This document shows, piece by piece, positions 50,020 through 60,396 of a stretch of DNA of 64,000 nt. Within the stretch, counting starts at the first letter, position 1; every line of letters begins with the position of its first letter. The notes beneath the pieces are model-generated. The model searched no databases and had not been told where the DNA came from. It saw only the letters and a program-made list of their open reading frames with translations. The position numbers were made by a program, and so were the translations under genes. The DNA is taken from NCBI GenBank assembly GCA_964410725.1, contig CAYPID010000002.1:118867-182866 (forward strand), given 5' to 3'. Source of the stretch: an uncultured Saprospiraceae bacterium. Lineage in GTDB: Bacteria; Bacteroidota; Bacteroidia; Chitinophagales; Saprospiraceae.

Positions 50020-50780
50020 AACTTTTCGAATACCCCCAATCCAAAAAGTGCAAAATCATATTTAACCGGATCATTAGGGTCTAATAACCTCAATTGTCGA
50101 TCTAATTCTATTACTGCCTTATGATCATTCTGCTTTCGGTTTAAAAGCCCTAATTTTCGAGCAATATTGCCTGTATGTACGTCCAATGGACAAGACAATT
50201 GAGCTGGAGAAAGCTTTTTCCATATTCCAAAATCTACTCCACATTTGTCCCTCCTTACCATCCACCTCAAAAACATATTGATTCGCTTAGCAGAAGAACC
50301 CTTCAACGGGTCAGACACATGCTTCAATGTCCTTTGAGGGTGGTCAATTTCGAAAAACACCTCTTTAAATTTGCTAATAGCAGATTGAAGATATTCTTGA
50401 CCTAATCCCACCTCAAATACTTGCTCAAGACCTCCATGATGCGTATAAATATTTCTGAGTGATTCAATGAAAAATGTAAAGTCCACCCCATTAAAAGTTC
50501 TGTGAATGAAGCCTTTCAAACTCAATAAATCATTCGGCGTATGATTGATTACATAGTCATAAGGCTCATCATCGAGTAAACTCAGCATTTTTCTTGCATT
50601 TTTTACGATACTCTTTCTGTTTCCCCATGCAATAGTGGCAGAAAGAAATCCGGCTATTTCAATATCTTCCTTTTTCGAAAACAAATGAGGAATACTGACG
50701 GGGTCATCTTCGATAAAAATTACAGTATTGTATTGTAGCACTTTTTCCTCTAAAAAGTCTTTTAGCGATGCATCCAACAA
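50016..50780 (-). CDS. TIGR02757 (DUF2400) family protein; start uncertain
   Basis: Track ORF is 50016..50885, which would overlap the divergent gpmI ATG by 29 nt. Two -7 boxes lie inside that extension. The in-frame TTG at 50780 gives a 254-aa product beginning (M)LDASLKDFLEEKVLQYN, which fits the family length as I recall it. The conserved core IAGFLSATIAWGNRKSI is present. Confidence 0.65.
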   Translation of the reverse strand: MLDASLKDFLEEKVLQYNTVIFIEDDPVSIPHLFSKKEDIEIAGFLSATIAWGNRKSIVKNARKMLSLLDDEPYDYVINHTPNDLLSLKGFIHRTFNGVDFTFFIESLRNIYTHHGGLEQVFEVGLGQEYLQSAISKFKEVFFEIDHPQRTLKHVSDPLKGSSAKRINMFLRWMVRRDKCGVDFGIWKKLSPAQLSCPLDVHTGNIARKLGLLNRKQNDHKAVIELDRQLRLLDPNDPVKYDFALFGLGVFEKF

Positions 50781-50829
50781 TGTTTGGGCTTTTTTTATTT
50801 TAATACTGAAGCTATAACTTAAAAGTTTA

Positions 50830-50837
50830 TAGTTTTG
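50830..50837 (+). promoter_or_regulatory. Candidate -7 box (gpmI)
   Basis: TAGTTTTG, 19 nt before the gpmI ATG. Confidence 0.4.
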
Positions 50838-50840
50838 AAA

Positions 50841-50848
50841 CAAAATTA
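50841..50848 (-). promoter_or_regulatory. Candidate -7 box (TIGR02757 gene)
   Basis: Plus-strand CAAAATTA equals TAATTTTG on the minus strand. It is 60 nt upstream of the TTG at 50780 and only 3 bp from the gpmI box on the other strand. Confidence 0.3.
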
Positions 50849-50856
50849 ATCTGCAC

Positions 50857-52392
50857 ATGTCAACTGGAAAAGTTTTTTTAATCATACTTGATGGATGGGG
50901 TTTGGGTACAGATCGACAGTCTGACGCTATAGCTCAAGCCGATACCCCTTTTGTTGATGACCTCCTTAGAAATTATCCATCTGGAACCCTCACCACTTTT
51001 GGAGAAGAAGTTGGTTTGCCAGAAGGTCAAATGGGGAATTCAGAAGTAGGGCACCTCAATATCGGAGCCGGAAGAATCGTTTACCAAGAACTAGCCAGAA
51101 TAAATAAAGCCATAAGAGAGAAAACACTGCATACCAATAAAGTATTGGTTAATGCGCTTAAAAAAGCTGCTCGTGAAAAAAGAAATGTCCATTTTATGGG
51201 GCTACTCTCTGATGGTGGAGTCCATTCTCATATCAATCACCTGATGTCTTTATGTGACATAGCAGAAGAAAATCAAGTGGATAATGTTTTCATCCACGGA
51301 TTCTTAGATGGAAGAGATACCGATCCAAAAAGCGGTTTGGATTTTGTAAAAACTTTACTCCAACATATAGAAAATAGCCCTGCTCAACTGTCTTCCTTAA
51401 TCGGTCGATACTACGCTATGGACCGAGACAATAGATGGGAAAGAATTCAGAAAGCCTATAATCTTATGGTTAAAGGAGAAGGTATTTCAACCCACGACCC
51501 ATTGAAAACCATCCAGGAAAACTATGAGAATGGAATAACAGATGAATTCATGCCTGCAATTTCAATTCTCAATAAGAATGGTGAAACTACCACCCTTGCC
51601 GAAGATGACCTTTTGATATGCTTTAATTTTAGAACGGACAGACCAAGAGAAATCTCAGAAGTTTTAACTCAAAAAGCTTTTCCCGAATGGGATATGCATC
51701 CTCTAAAACTTCAATACCTCACCATGACCAAATATGATGACGGCTTCCAAAATGTAGAGGTGCTATTTACTAAAGATAATATTGTGAATACCCTGGGAGA
51801 GGTCATTTCCAAAGCTAGAAAAACACAGGTTAGAATTGCCGAAACAGAAAAATATCCCCACGTTACCTTCTTTTTTTCAGGAGGTAGAGAAAAGGCTTTT
51901 GATGGGGAACGAAGAATTTTAGTACCCTCGCCAAAAGTCGCCACCTACGATCTACAACCAGAAATGAGTGCTTTGGAAATTACTGAAAAAATTACAGCAG
52001 ATATTAATCAAAATAGCCCTGACTTTATTTGTCTTAACTTCGCTAATGCAGACATGGTAGGTCATACTGGGGATTTCAGTGCTGCCATGAAAGCCGCTGA
52101 GACAGTCGACCAATGTATGGAACAAATAGTTCCTCACGCTTTAAAAAACCACTATGAACTTATAATCATAGCCGATCATGGTAATTCCGATTATATGATT
52201 AATGCAGACGGCACTCCTAATACAGCACACACCACCAATCCAGTGCCTTTTGTATTTATTAGTGGCTCACAGACCTCCGTTCAAGCCAAATCTGGAAAAT
52301 TGGCAGATATTGCCCCAACCATTCTAAATAGGATGGGCATTCCAATTCCGGAAGAAATGGACGGAGAAAACCTAATTATATCCCTACCATGA
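50857..52392 (+). CDS. gpmI: 2,3-bisphosphoglycerate-independent phosphoglycerate mutase
   Basis: 511 aa. Motifs: LIILDGWG, GNSEVGHLNIGAGR (catalytic Ser), SDGGVHSH, ADHGN. Confidence 0.96.
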   Translation: MSTGKVFLIILDGWGLGTDRQSDAIAQADTPFVDDLLRNYPSGTLTTFGEEVGLPEGQMGNSEVGHLNIGAGRIVYQELARINKAIREKTLHTNKVLVNALKKAAREKRNVHFMGLLSDGGVHSHINHLMSLCDIAEENQVDNVFIHGFLDGRDTDPKSGLDFVKTLLQHIENSPAQLSSLIGRYYAMDRDNRWERIQKAYNLMVKGEGISTHDPLKTIQENYENGITDEFMPAISILNKNGETTTLAEDDLLICFNFRTDRPREISEVLTQKAFPEWDMHPLKLQYLTMTKYDDGFQNVEVLFTKDNIVNTLGEVISKARKTQVRIAETEKYPHVTFFFSGGREKAFDGERRILVPSPKVATYDLQPEMSALEITEKITADINQNSPDFICLNFANADMVGHTGDFSAAMKAAETVDQCMEQIVPHALKNHYELIIIADHGNSDYMINADGTPNTAHTTNPVPFVFISGSQTSVQAKSGKLADIAPTILNRMGIPIPEEMDGENLIISLP

Positions 52393-52976
52393 AAAAACTG
52401 CTGAGCCCAAGCCTTCTTTTAATTTTATTATCAACCGTTGCAAGTTGTACACAACCCAGCTCTAAAAAAGCAACTACATCTGATAAATTTTTCGATGTCT
52501 CCGGTTTTTTTCAATCCGAAGTAGAAAGATTGAATCAACTTCAACCCGCAGTAGAAAAATCTTTTTTAGTCAACCAAATCACAGAAACCACTCATCCAGA
52601 TACCCTTAATTACCTATTGGAATTATCCCCGTTTATAGAATCTGATATCAACAAAAAAGCTTGGGAAGATAAATACTCCATCACCTCAAGTCCACTCAAA
52701 TTATCCTATAAGGCTTTAGATGAACAACTAGAAATAAAAGAAATCACAATTCAAAAAGATTCTACGAATCAACCGACCCATATTCAAATCATAAAAATAT
52801 CTGAAAGCCCCCTGAGTTACAACCAAACCATTTTAAAATATTACCTCAATCAAGAAATAGAGATCATAAGTACTCAAAAAAATATCTTATCAGGGGAAAA
52901 AGAAATTAGTACAAAAATTAGATTCCTAAACAAAAGAGGTAGTGCAAAAAACACTACCTCCGCCCTAACCAAATAA
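52389..52976 (+). CDS. Hypothetical lipoprotein
   Basis: 195 aa with lipobox STVASC and no recognisable domain. It has an ATGA overlap with the gpmI stop. Confidence 0.6.
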   Translation: MKKLLSPSLLLILLSTVASCTQPSSKKATTSDKFFDVSGFFQSEVERLNQLQPAVEKSFLVNQITETTHPDTLNYLLELSPFIESDINKKAWEDKYSITSSPLKLSYKALDEQLEIKEITIQKDSTNQPTHIQIIKISESPLSYNQTILKYYLNQEIEIISTQKNILSGEKEISTKIRFLNKRGSAKNTTSALTK

Positions 52977-53200
52977 AACCAAATTATTCTTATAGTTGAT
53001 TAATCTATTGCTAATTTAAATAGTATTTTGTTAAAGTCAATACTGACCAAATTATTAGTAAGTGCCCAAAATGAAGACATTAAGCCCAAATAAAACTTCA
53101 AAATTGTTTATTTCATTTTTTTGAAATTATATTTTATATAATTTTTTCAAGCCAAATAAAGTATTGAAAAAATTTTTAACCAATTTTTAATTTTTTCTCC

Positions 53201-54607
53201 ATGCGCCTTTTCCTAATTTTCTTCTTATCTGCTTCCTTCATTCATTCTTCCTTTACTCAGGCCAATAACTCTGCATTAGATCAAGATGCATTTTACGTTC
53301 GAAAGATATACGATGAAGTATTGACCAATAGCCCAGCGATGGACTGGTTAAAATATTTAACCAAAAATATAGGTGCTAGACTTGCAGGTTCTCCTCAAGC
53401 AGCAGCTGCCGTAGTATATACTCGTCAGCTCATGGAAGAACTCGGATTTGATACGGTCTATCTTCAACCGTGCATGGTGCCTCATTGGACCAGAGAGGGG
53501 AAGGAGACCGTAACTATAGTTAATTCTTCCACTAGGGGAAGCATTTCTTTAAATGCCCTTTCTTTAGGAAATTCAGTAGCTACCCCTGATGGTGGAATTA
53601 CCGCCGAAGTGATAGAAGTATTTTCACTCGACACCCTGAATTACCTTGGGAGAGAAAATATTGAAGGCAAAATTGTATTTTTTAATAGGCCACTAGACCC
53701 CACCCAACTCAATACATTTGCAGCTTACGGTGGAGCTGTTGACCAAAGAGCCTTAGGAGCTTCCAGAGCAGGTGAGCTCGGTGCAGTTGGGGTATTAGTG
53801 CGGTCTATGACCACTCGTGATGATGATATTCCCCATACTGGTTCCATGATTTATGAGGAAGGGGTTGAAAATAAAATTCCCGGTATTGCCATCTCCACAA
53901 ATGATGCTAACCTCCTAAGTAACCTTCTTAAAAAGGAATCTATCAGGGTCTTTATGGAATCCTTCGGAAAAATCCACCCCCCTAAGCCTTCTTTTAATGT
54001 AATTGGTGAAATTAAAGGAAGTACCCATCCTGACGAAATTATATTAGTGGGTGGTCATTTAGATTCTTGGGACGTTGGAGAGGGCGCTCACGATGATGGT
54101 ACAGGATGCATACAATCCATTGCCGTACTCCATACTCTACTACAAATGGGTTATCGCCCACAAAGAACCCTTCGAGCAGTTATGTTTATGAATGAAGAGA
54201 ATGGTTTGGCAGGAGGCAAAGCCTATTGGCAAGCTTCCGATGAACAAAAAGAATTTCATCTGGCTGCCATAGAATCTGATAGAGGAGGGTTTACTCCTAG
54301 GGGGTTCTCTTGCGATGGAGATCCAAAAATATTTAACCAAAGGTTTGCTCAGGTGGTGGAATGGTTACCGCTCCTCGAACCCTATGGTTTATATTTTCAA
54401 AAAGGTGGTTCAGGTGCTGATATTTCTGGATTAAAATCTCAAGGGGGATTGCTTTTCGGATTAGTACCAGATAGTCAAAGATACTTCGATTATCATCACA
54501 CCCCCATAGACACCTTTGAAGCAGTTAACAAAAGGGAACTAAATTTAGGCACTGCAGCTATGACCAGCCTTGTATTTTTAATTGATCAATACGGACTCGG
54601 AGAATGA
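53201..54607 (+). CDS. M28-family aminopeptidase with PA domain
   Basis: 468 aa with a signal peptide. Zinc-ligand context is GGHLDSWDVGEGAHDDGTG and MNEENGL. A PA-like insert is present. Confidence 0.85.
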   Translation: MRLFLIFFLSASFIHSSFTQANNSALDQDAFYVRKIYDEVLTNSPAMDWLKYLTKNIGARLAGSPQAAAAVVYTRQLMEELGFDTVYLQPCMVPHWTREGKETVTIVNSSTRGSISLNALSLGNSVATPDGGITAEVIEVFSLDTLNYLGRENIEGKIVFFNRPLDPTQLNTFAAYGGAVDQRALGASRAGELGAVGVLVRSMTTRDDDIPHTGSMIYEEGVENKIPGIAISTNDANLLSNLLKKESIRVFMESFGKIHPPKPSFNVIGEIKGSTHPDEIILVGGHLDSWDVGEGAHDDGTGCIQSIAVLHTLLQMGYRPQRTLRAVMFMNEENGLAGGKAYWQASDEQKEFHLAAIESDRGGFTPRGFSCDGDPKIFNQRFAQVVEWLPLLEPYGLYFQKGGSGADISGLKSQGGLLFGLVPDSQRYFDYHHTPIDTFEAVNKRELNLGTAAMTSLVFLIDQYGLGE

Positions 54608-55131
54608 CTCAACATCCTCAAATTTTAATTGATAAAAGTTTTATCAACCTACGAGTGGATTATTTAGGCAAATTATTATCTGAGAAGTTTGCCGGTAAAA
54701 ATCCCATTTTTTTAGTGGTTTTAAAGGGTGCTTTTGTTTTTGCAGCAGATTTAATCCGTGCCTGCAATATGGATTTGGAAGTATCTTTTTTACAAGTCTC
54801 TTCTTACAGAGGAGCGCAATCCACCGGAAATATATCTACTGCAATCCCCTTAACTTCCTCCCTAAAAAATAGACATGTAATCATCGTTGAAGACATTATT
54901 GAAACTAGCCGAACTCTAAATTTCCTAACTAAAAAACTCTTAGATGAAAATTGTGCATCCATCCAAGTCGTGACGGCACTTCATAAAATAAACCACCAAG
55001 TTTCATTGCCTCCTGTTGAGGTGTTGGCAGCTTTTGTCATTCCACCTGCTTTTGTTATTGGATATGGATTAGATTACGACCAATATGGAAGAAATCTTTC
55101 TTCTATTTATGTTCACAAGTCTAATTTATAA
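54604..55131 (+). CDS. hpt: Hypoxanthine(-guanine) phosphoribosyltransferase
   Basis: 175 aa with the PRPP-binding loop VIIVEDIIETSRTL and terminal GYGLDYDQYGRNL. It has an ATGA overlap with the M28 gene. Confidence 0.9.
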   Translation: MTQHPQILIDKSFINLRVDYLGKLLSEKFAGKNPIFLVVLKGAFVFAADLIRACNMDLEVSFLQVSSYRGAQSTGNISTAIPLTSSLKNRHVIIVEDIIETSRTLNFLTKKLLDENCASIQVVTALHKINHQVSLPPVEVLAAFVIPPAFVIGYGLDYDQYGRNLSSIYVHKSNL

Positions 55132-55204
55132 ATGGTTTAATCGAACTTACACTTACCCTATCCCATTTTCACCTATATTGTTGGTCTAAAGGCTATATAC
55201 CATT

Positions 55205-56443
55205 ATGACAACTATCGAAAACATACGCATTGCCTTAAGATCCATTCGGTCAAATATGTTGAGGGCAGTCCTTACCTTAACCATAATTGCTTTTGGAATT
55301 ATGGCTCTGGTAGGCATTCTCACCGCTATTGATAGTGCTATTTACTCTTTAAACAGCAGTTTTTCTTCTTTAGGGGCTAATACTTTTGACATCGAAAGAA
55401 AAGGTACTACCTTGAAAAACCGCCAAGGAGGGGTAGAAGAAAAGCCAGGTGATATTATTTCTTATAAGCAAGCCACTGAGTTCAAAGAAAAATTCAATTA
55501 TCCGGCCCGTACATCAGTTTGGATGAACTGTACAGGCAGTTCTGTGGTCAAATTTGAAGATAAAAAAACCAATCCCAACGTAAGAATGATGGCTGTTGAT
55601 GAAAACTACCTGGAAGGGAAAGCTTTCACTATCAAAATTGGGAGAAATATTTCATCTAAAGAAGCCCTTCAAGGAGCTTATGTTACCGTCATCGGAAGCG
55701 AACTGGTGACCGAATTATTCGATGGTAATTCTTTGAACGCCATAGATAAAACTATTTCTGTAGGAAATATTCGCCTAAAAGTAATCGGTGTCCTTAACGA
55801 AAAAGGCTCTAGCATGGGTAGAAATGAAGATCGAAGTCTGATAATCCCATTGTTTACTGGCAAACGATATTTTGGATCCTCTAGAACCAACTACAATATT
55901 TTTGTTGCTGTAAAAGATCCCACCGTTATGGAAAGTGCCATTTCCGCAGCAACTGGATTATTCCGTAATATTAGAAACCTAAAAGCTGCTCAGGACAATG
56001 ATTTTGAAATGAAAAAACCAGATCAAATCGTTAATATCATTAAAGAGAATACCCTATACTTCCGCTTAGCAGCTGTAGGAATTGGATTGATTACGCTCAT
56101 AGGGGCAGCAATAGGTTTAATGAATATAATGTTGGTCTCTGTAACCGAAAGAACCCGAGAAATAGGAATCAGTAAAGCTATTGGAGCAACCAGTAAAATA
56201 ATTCTATCTCAATTTTTGACAGAAGCCATTGTCATAAGTTTGATGGGAGGTGCGTTAGGAATCATCTTGGGCATCCTAATCGGAAACATCGTAACTCTGC
56301 TACTTGGAGGAGATTTTCTTATTCCTTGGTTATGGATGTCCATTGCCTTTGCTACTTGTTTCGTGGTAGGATTGGTATCTGGAATTTATCCAGCTATGAA
56401 AGCAGCCTCTCTAGACCCAATTGAAGCACTGAGATACGAATAA
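55205..56443 (+). CDS. MacB/FtsX-type ABC transporter permease (no adjacent ATPase)
   Basis: 412 aa. Layout: N-terminal TM, a large periplasmic MacB-like domain, and a C-terminal FtsX 3-TM bundle ([15 protein letters not shown]). Confidence 0.85.
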   Translation: MTTIENIRIALRSIRSNMLRAVLTLTIIAFGIMALVGILTAIDSAIYSLNSSFSSLGANTFDIERKGTTLKNRQGGVEEKPGDIISYKQATEFKEKFNYPARTSVWMNCTGSSVVKFEDKKTNPNVRMMAVDENYLEGKAFTIKIGRNISSKEALQGAYVTVIGSELVTELFDGNSLNAIDKTISVGNIRLKVIGVLNEKGSSMGRNEDRSLIIPLFTGKRYFGSSRTNYNIFVAVKDPTVMESAISAATGLFRNIRNLKAAQDNDFEMKKPDQIVNIIKENTLYFRLAAVGIGLITLIGAAIGLMNIMLVSVTERTREIGISKAIGATSKIILSQFLTEAIVISLMGGALGIILGILIGNIVTLLLGGDFLIPWLWMSIAFATCFVVGLVSGIYPAMKAASLDPIEALRYE

Positions 56444-56453
56444 TCGGCAACCC

Positions 56454-57878
56454 ATGAATCGGCAATTTTCTCTTAATATTGCCCTTTTACTGGGAATTAA
56501 TGGGCTGATTAAACCGCTGTACTTATTCGGGATAGATCGAACAATTCAGAACACTCTTCCCGAGGGGGACTATGGTTTGTATTTTACTTTTTTTAACTTA
56601 TCATTTGTTCTTAGCATCATCAATGACCCAGGAATCCAGAATTTTAATACCACCTTTATTGCCGGCAAAAAACACCTCCTTCAAAAAATATTTGCCAGCG
56701 CCATACAAGTCAGGATGGTTTCAGGAGTTTTATTTTTCCTAGCTACTCTTTTAACAGGTTTTTTTTTAGGATACCATTTCGATGCTCTTCTTCTGCTCTT
56801 ATTCGTTGCTTTTAACCATTTTTTAGCATCACTCTCCCTTTTTTTTAGATCCAATTTATCAGCCATTGGTTATTTCACCATCGACAGCATACTTTCTGGA
56901 TTAGATAAATTTCTAATGATTCTATTCCTTGGTCTCTTTTTAATCAATCCCCGCCTTCAATCTCATCTTAATATTTATTGGTTTGTCGCCCTTCAAGGAA
57001 GCGCATTTTTAATCACGCTCCTCATTGCTCTATTTTTTGTCCTCCGAAATGCCAAGCCGTTCCAATGGCCCCAATGGCGTATTTCTTTTACCCTTCTCAA
57101 AAATAGTTTGCCATATGCCTTAGTAGTTTTTTTAATGCTCGCCTATACCAGAGTAGATGCCATTATGATTGAAAGGATGTTGCCCTCCGGAAAAATTGAA
57201 GCGGGATATTACGCTGCAGGATACCGGTTATTAGACGCAGTCAACGCTATTGGATTCCTTTTTGCCTCCCTCCTATTGCCCATGTTTGCCCAAATTCATG
57301 CACAAAAAAAATCCTTAACCCCACTTCTGGGATTGAGCCTTAATCATATTGTCGCTCTTGCTGGCTGGCTTTCAATGGTGCTGATTACTTATAGTACCCC
57401 CGTTATCCAAGCGCTTTACCCCTCCATGCCCCCAAGTGTGCCCATTATTTTAATCTATTTGATGCTTACCTTTATTTGCTTGGCAGTGGGCTATATCTTC
57501 GGAACACTCCTGACCGCAACGGGTAATATTCACAAAATGAATGGTTTATTTGCCCTTGCTGCGCTAATTAATATAGGTCTGAATTGGTATTGGATTCCTT
57601 CGGAAAAATCTATAGGGGCCGCTAAAGCCACGCTACTGACTCAAATATTCGTATGCCTCGCCTTGATTTTTATGACCAACCATTTATTGCAATTAAAATT
57701 CACACTTAAATATTGGTTCAAACCTTTTTTATACCTAGCGTGTCTAATTATCATAGGATTCTCGCTGCAATATCTAAAAATATCACTGGTTATTGGAATC
57801 CTTTCTAGTTCATTGGTTGCCTTAGTAATATCCCTTACAATTGGTCTAATCCAACCCTTCAAATGGTTCAATAATTAG
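56454..57878 (+). CDS. Wzx-like polysaccharide/oligosaccharide flippase
   Basis: 474 aa, about 12-14 predicted TM helices, with a MOP-superfamily-like hydrophobic profile. It sits next to Wzz-like and Wzy-like genes. Confidence 0.7.
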   Translation: MNRQFSLNIALLLGINGLIKPLYLFGIDRTIQNTLPEGDYGLYFTFFNLSFVLSIINDPGIQNFNTTFIAGKKHLLQKIFASAIQVRMVSGVLFFLATLLTGFFLGYHFDALLLLLFVAFNHFLASLSLFFRSNLSAIGYFTIDSILSGLDKFLMILFLGLFLINPRLQSHLNIYWFVALQGSAFLITLLIALFFVLRNAKPFQWPQWRISFTLLKNSLPYALVVFLMLAYTRVDAIMIERMLPSGKIEAGYYAAGYRLLDAVNAIGFLFASLLLPMFAQIHAQKKSLTPLLGLSLNHIVALAGWLSMVLITYSTPVIQALYPSMPPSVPIILIYLMLTFICLAVGYIFGTLLTATGNIHKMNGLFALAALINIGLNWYWIPSEKSIGAAKATLLTQIFVCLALIFMTNHLLQLKFTLKYWFKPFLYLACLIIIGFSLQYLKISLVIGILSSSLVALVISLTIGLIQPFKWFNN

Positions 57879-57902
57879 TACTTTTGATACAAAAATTGGT
57901 GA

Positions 57903-58994
57903 ATGGAAAAGGAAGATAACCTTGTTTACGCACTTAAAATTTTAATCCAGCATAAGAATCTTATTGTAGGATTTTCCTTTGCAATTGGGGTTACAGTCGC
58001 TGTATCCTCTTTGCTTTTACCCAACTATTACCAAGCCAATACCACGTTTTTAGCCGCTAGTCCAGATCAAGCCATCCCCGATCTAGCCTTAGGTATGGGC
58101 AAAAGAGAAGCTCAAATATACGGTGGTCAAGGAGACATTAATAGAATTCTAACCGTTGGACAATCCGGTGAGTTAGAGGACTATTTAATAGCGCATTTCA
58201 ATCTTATGGAACACTATGAAATTGACCCCAATCACAAAAAAGCCCCATATAAAGTAAAAGAAGAACTACGAGACCACCTCAAAATAACCAAAACGGACAA
58301 AGACGCCATTCAAATTACGGTTGAAGACAAGGATCCAGAATGGGCAGCTCATATCGCTAACTCCACTCGAGAAAAAATTGATGAAATCAGCCAAGATATT
58401 CTAAAAGCTTCTCAAAAAAATTTATTGGCTAATTACAATCGTAAAATTTTAGAAAAGGAAAACCTCCTCAAAACACTAACCGATAGTTTATTCTTGCTAA
58501 GGGGTGAATATCAAATTTTTAATGGCAGTGCTCAAACAGAAAGCCTTACTACCCGATTAATTGACGCTAATGCTGATTTATCCAATTATCAAGCTTCTTT
58601 TCAATATTTAGCTAACAGATCTGATATTCCGCGAGATACTTTAACCTTCATTGAAGCCAAAATAAAAGGACTCACCGCTGAAACTCAAAACCTTACCAAA
58701 CGCCTCTCTAAAATGAATGAGGGCCTATCTGCTGTTAAAACTTTGGAGGATAATTTTAATAACATTGCCATTAGCTTAAATTATGAAAAAGAAAGCCGCA
58801 ATCGTTTATTCACTTTTATTGAAGCCCAAACCCCTGCTTTAATATTAATTGAAGCGGCACAAATACCCCTTGTCAAATCAAGACCCAAAAGGAGTTTATT
58901 GGTTATTGGGGCAATTCTGGTGGCCTTTCTCCTCTCTACTCTAGGAGTTTTATTTATCGAATCGACTAAACAATATCATTTTGGTCGCCGATAA
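57903..58994 (+). CDS. Wzz-like polysaccharide co-polymerase (chain-length determinant), no kinase domain
   Basis: 363 aa. There is one TM near each end (LIVGFSFAIGVTVAVSSLLL ; LLVIGAILVAFLLSTLGVLFI) around a long coiled-coil periplasmic region. Confidence 0.7.
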   Translation: MEKEDNLVYALKILIQHKNLIVGFSFAIGVTVAVSSLLLPNYYQANTTFLAASPDQAIPDLALGMGKREAQIYGGQGDINRILTVGQSGELEDYLIAHFNLMEHYEIDPNHKKAPYKVKEELRDHLKITKTDKDAIQITVEDKDPEWAAHIANSTREKIDEISQDILKASQKNLLANYNRKILEKENLLKTLTDSLFLLRGEYQIFNGSAQTESLTTRLIDANADLSNYQASFQYLANRSDIPRDTLTFIEAKIKGLTAETQNLTKRLSKMNEGLSAVKTLEDNFNNIAISLNYEKESRNRLFTFIEAQTPALILIEAAQIPLVKSRPKRSLLVIGAILVAFLLSTLGVLFIESTKQYHFGRR

Positions 58995-60396
58995 ACTTCA
59001 CCTTTATTTGGGAATTGTAGCGCTGGCCATACTTTTATCCATTTGGACTTCCATCTGGTATTTTCTTCTAATTCCCTTTTCCCTCCTTATAGTAGGGGTT
59101 GCCATCACTCATCCAAAGGTGCTTTTCTATCTGCTATTATTAAGCCTTCCCATTTCAACAGAAATTTACTTTCCTAATGGCCTAGGTACAGATCTCCCCT
59201 CAGAGCCTTTAATGATAGGACTTTGTATAATTGCCATTCCTCTGTTTGTCACCCAGCCCAAATTGCTGAGTAAATCTTTTTGGTTACACCCCATCACCCT
59301 AATTTTAGGTGCCCACATCGGATGGATTTTAGTGACTACGCTATTTTCAGCTAACCCAGTAGTCTCCCTTAAATACTTTTTGGCCAAAAGCTGGTATGTT
59401 ATGGTCTTTTACTTTTTAACGCCTGTGTTTCTTAATTCCAAACAAGATTTTCTTAAAGCCATACCCTGGGTCATTTGGCCTTTAGCATTGACGGTAATCA
59501 TTACTTTAATTAGGCATTATCAATTTAATTTTTCATTCAGCGAAGTTCATAAGGTGTTTCACCCTTATCAACGAAATCATGTTAATTATGGCGCCATGCT
59601 GGCCCTCAGCCTTCCCTACATTATCTTAACCTGGCAAAGCCTTAAGGGCTTACATAAAATAGTTTTCTTTATGCTGGGCATTCTCTTTTTAATCGGCATC
59701 TATTTTTCATATACCAGAGCGGCATACGTTACAGCTCTGCTTATTCCTTTCCTCTATCTGATTCTTATCAAAAACATCATGAAACCCCTTGTGATTATTG
59801 CAGGTTTAGGAGTTTTTCTCACCTTTTCTTTTCTAATTTCCGAAAATAAATATTTAGAATTTGCCCCCAACTACGAAACCACCATTTCACATTATAATTT
59901 CGAGAACCTCTTGGAAGCTACCTACAAAGGACAGGACATCTCCACCATGGAACGTTTTTACAGATGGATTGCTGGAATTAAAATGGGCTGGGAAAAAGCC
60001 ATTACTGGATTCGGCCCTGGTAATTTTGTCAATTTTTACAAAAGTTATACCGTCACCTCTTTTAGCACTTATGTGAGTGATAACAAAGAGGGATCTGGAA
60101 TACACAGTTATTTTCTAATGGTTTTAGCCGAACAGGGCATTCCAGGGTTGCTTATTTTTTTAACCCTGCTATTCGTTACACTCTTTTACAGTCAAAATTT
60201 AATCAATCAATTAAAAGGACAACCAGAAAGAAATCTAATTTTGGCCCTCGTTTCCTCTCTTTTGATAATTATTGCTTTTCTGACCATTAACGATCTGGTG
60301 GAAACGGATAAAGTGGGTCCATTTTTCTTCATCAGTTTATCCCTGATTGCATCTTTTTCCGCAAGGGAATCCTCCAAAGCAACCATTGGGTCGTGA
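58981..60396 (+). CDS. O-antigen ligase / Wzy-type polymerase family membrane protein
   Basis: 471 aa, polytopic, with Wzy_C-like segment FSYTRAAYVTALLIP and a large loop before the last helices. The start is TTG (track) and overlaps the Wzz-like stop by 14 nt. Confidence 0.7.
   Translation: MVADKLHLYLGIVALAILLSIWTSIWYFLLIPFSLLIVGVAITHPKVLFYLLLLSLPISTEIYFPNGLGTDLPSEPLMIGLCIIAIPLFVTQPKLLSKSFWLHPITLILGAHIGWILVTTLFSANPVVSLKYFLAKSWYVMVFYFLTPVFLNSKQDFLKAIPWVIWPLALTVIITLIRHYQFNFSFSEVHKVFHPYQRNHVNYGAMLALSLPYIILTWQSLKGLHKIVFFMLGILFLIGIYFSYTRAAYVTALLIPFLYLILIKNIMKPLVIIAGLGVFLTFSFLISENKYLEFAPNYETTISHYNFENLLEATYKGQDISTMERFYRWIAGIKMGWEKAITGFGPGNFVNFYKSYTVTSFSTYVSDNKEGSGIHSYFLMVLAEQGIPGLLIFLTLLFVTLFYSQNLINQLKGQPERNLILALVSSLLIIIAFLTINDLVETDKVGPFFFISLSLIASFSARESSKATIGS

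Noticed and set aside
53071-53124. 17-codon sORF (MKTLSPNKTSKLFISFF) in the 224-bp AT-rich spacer upstream of the M28 peptidase
   Set aside because: There is no promoter box, no conservation evidence, and it is too short to evaluate. It is probably a chance ORF.
53122-53145. 8-bp-arm palindrome AAATTATA-N5-TATAATTT upstream of the M28 peptidase gene
   Set aside because: It is an A/T-only palindrome in an AT-rich spacer, with low information content and no matching second site.
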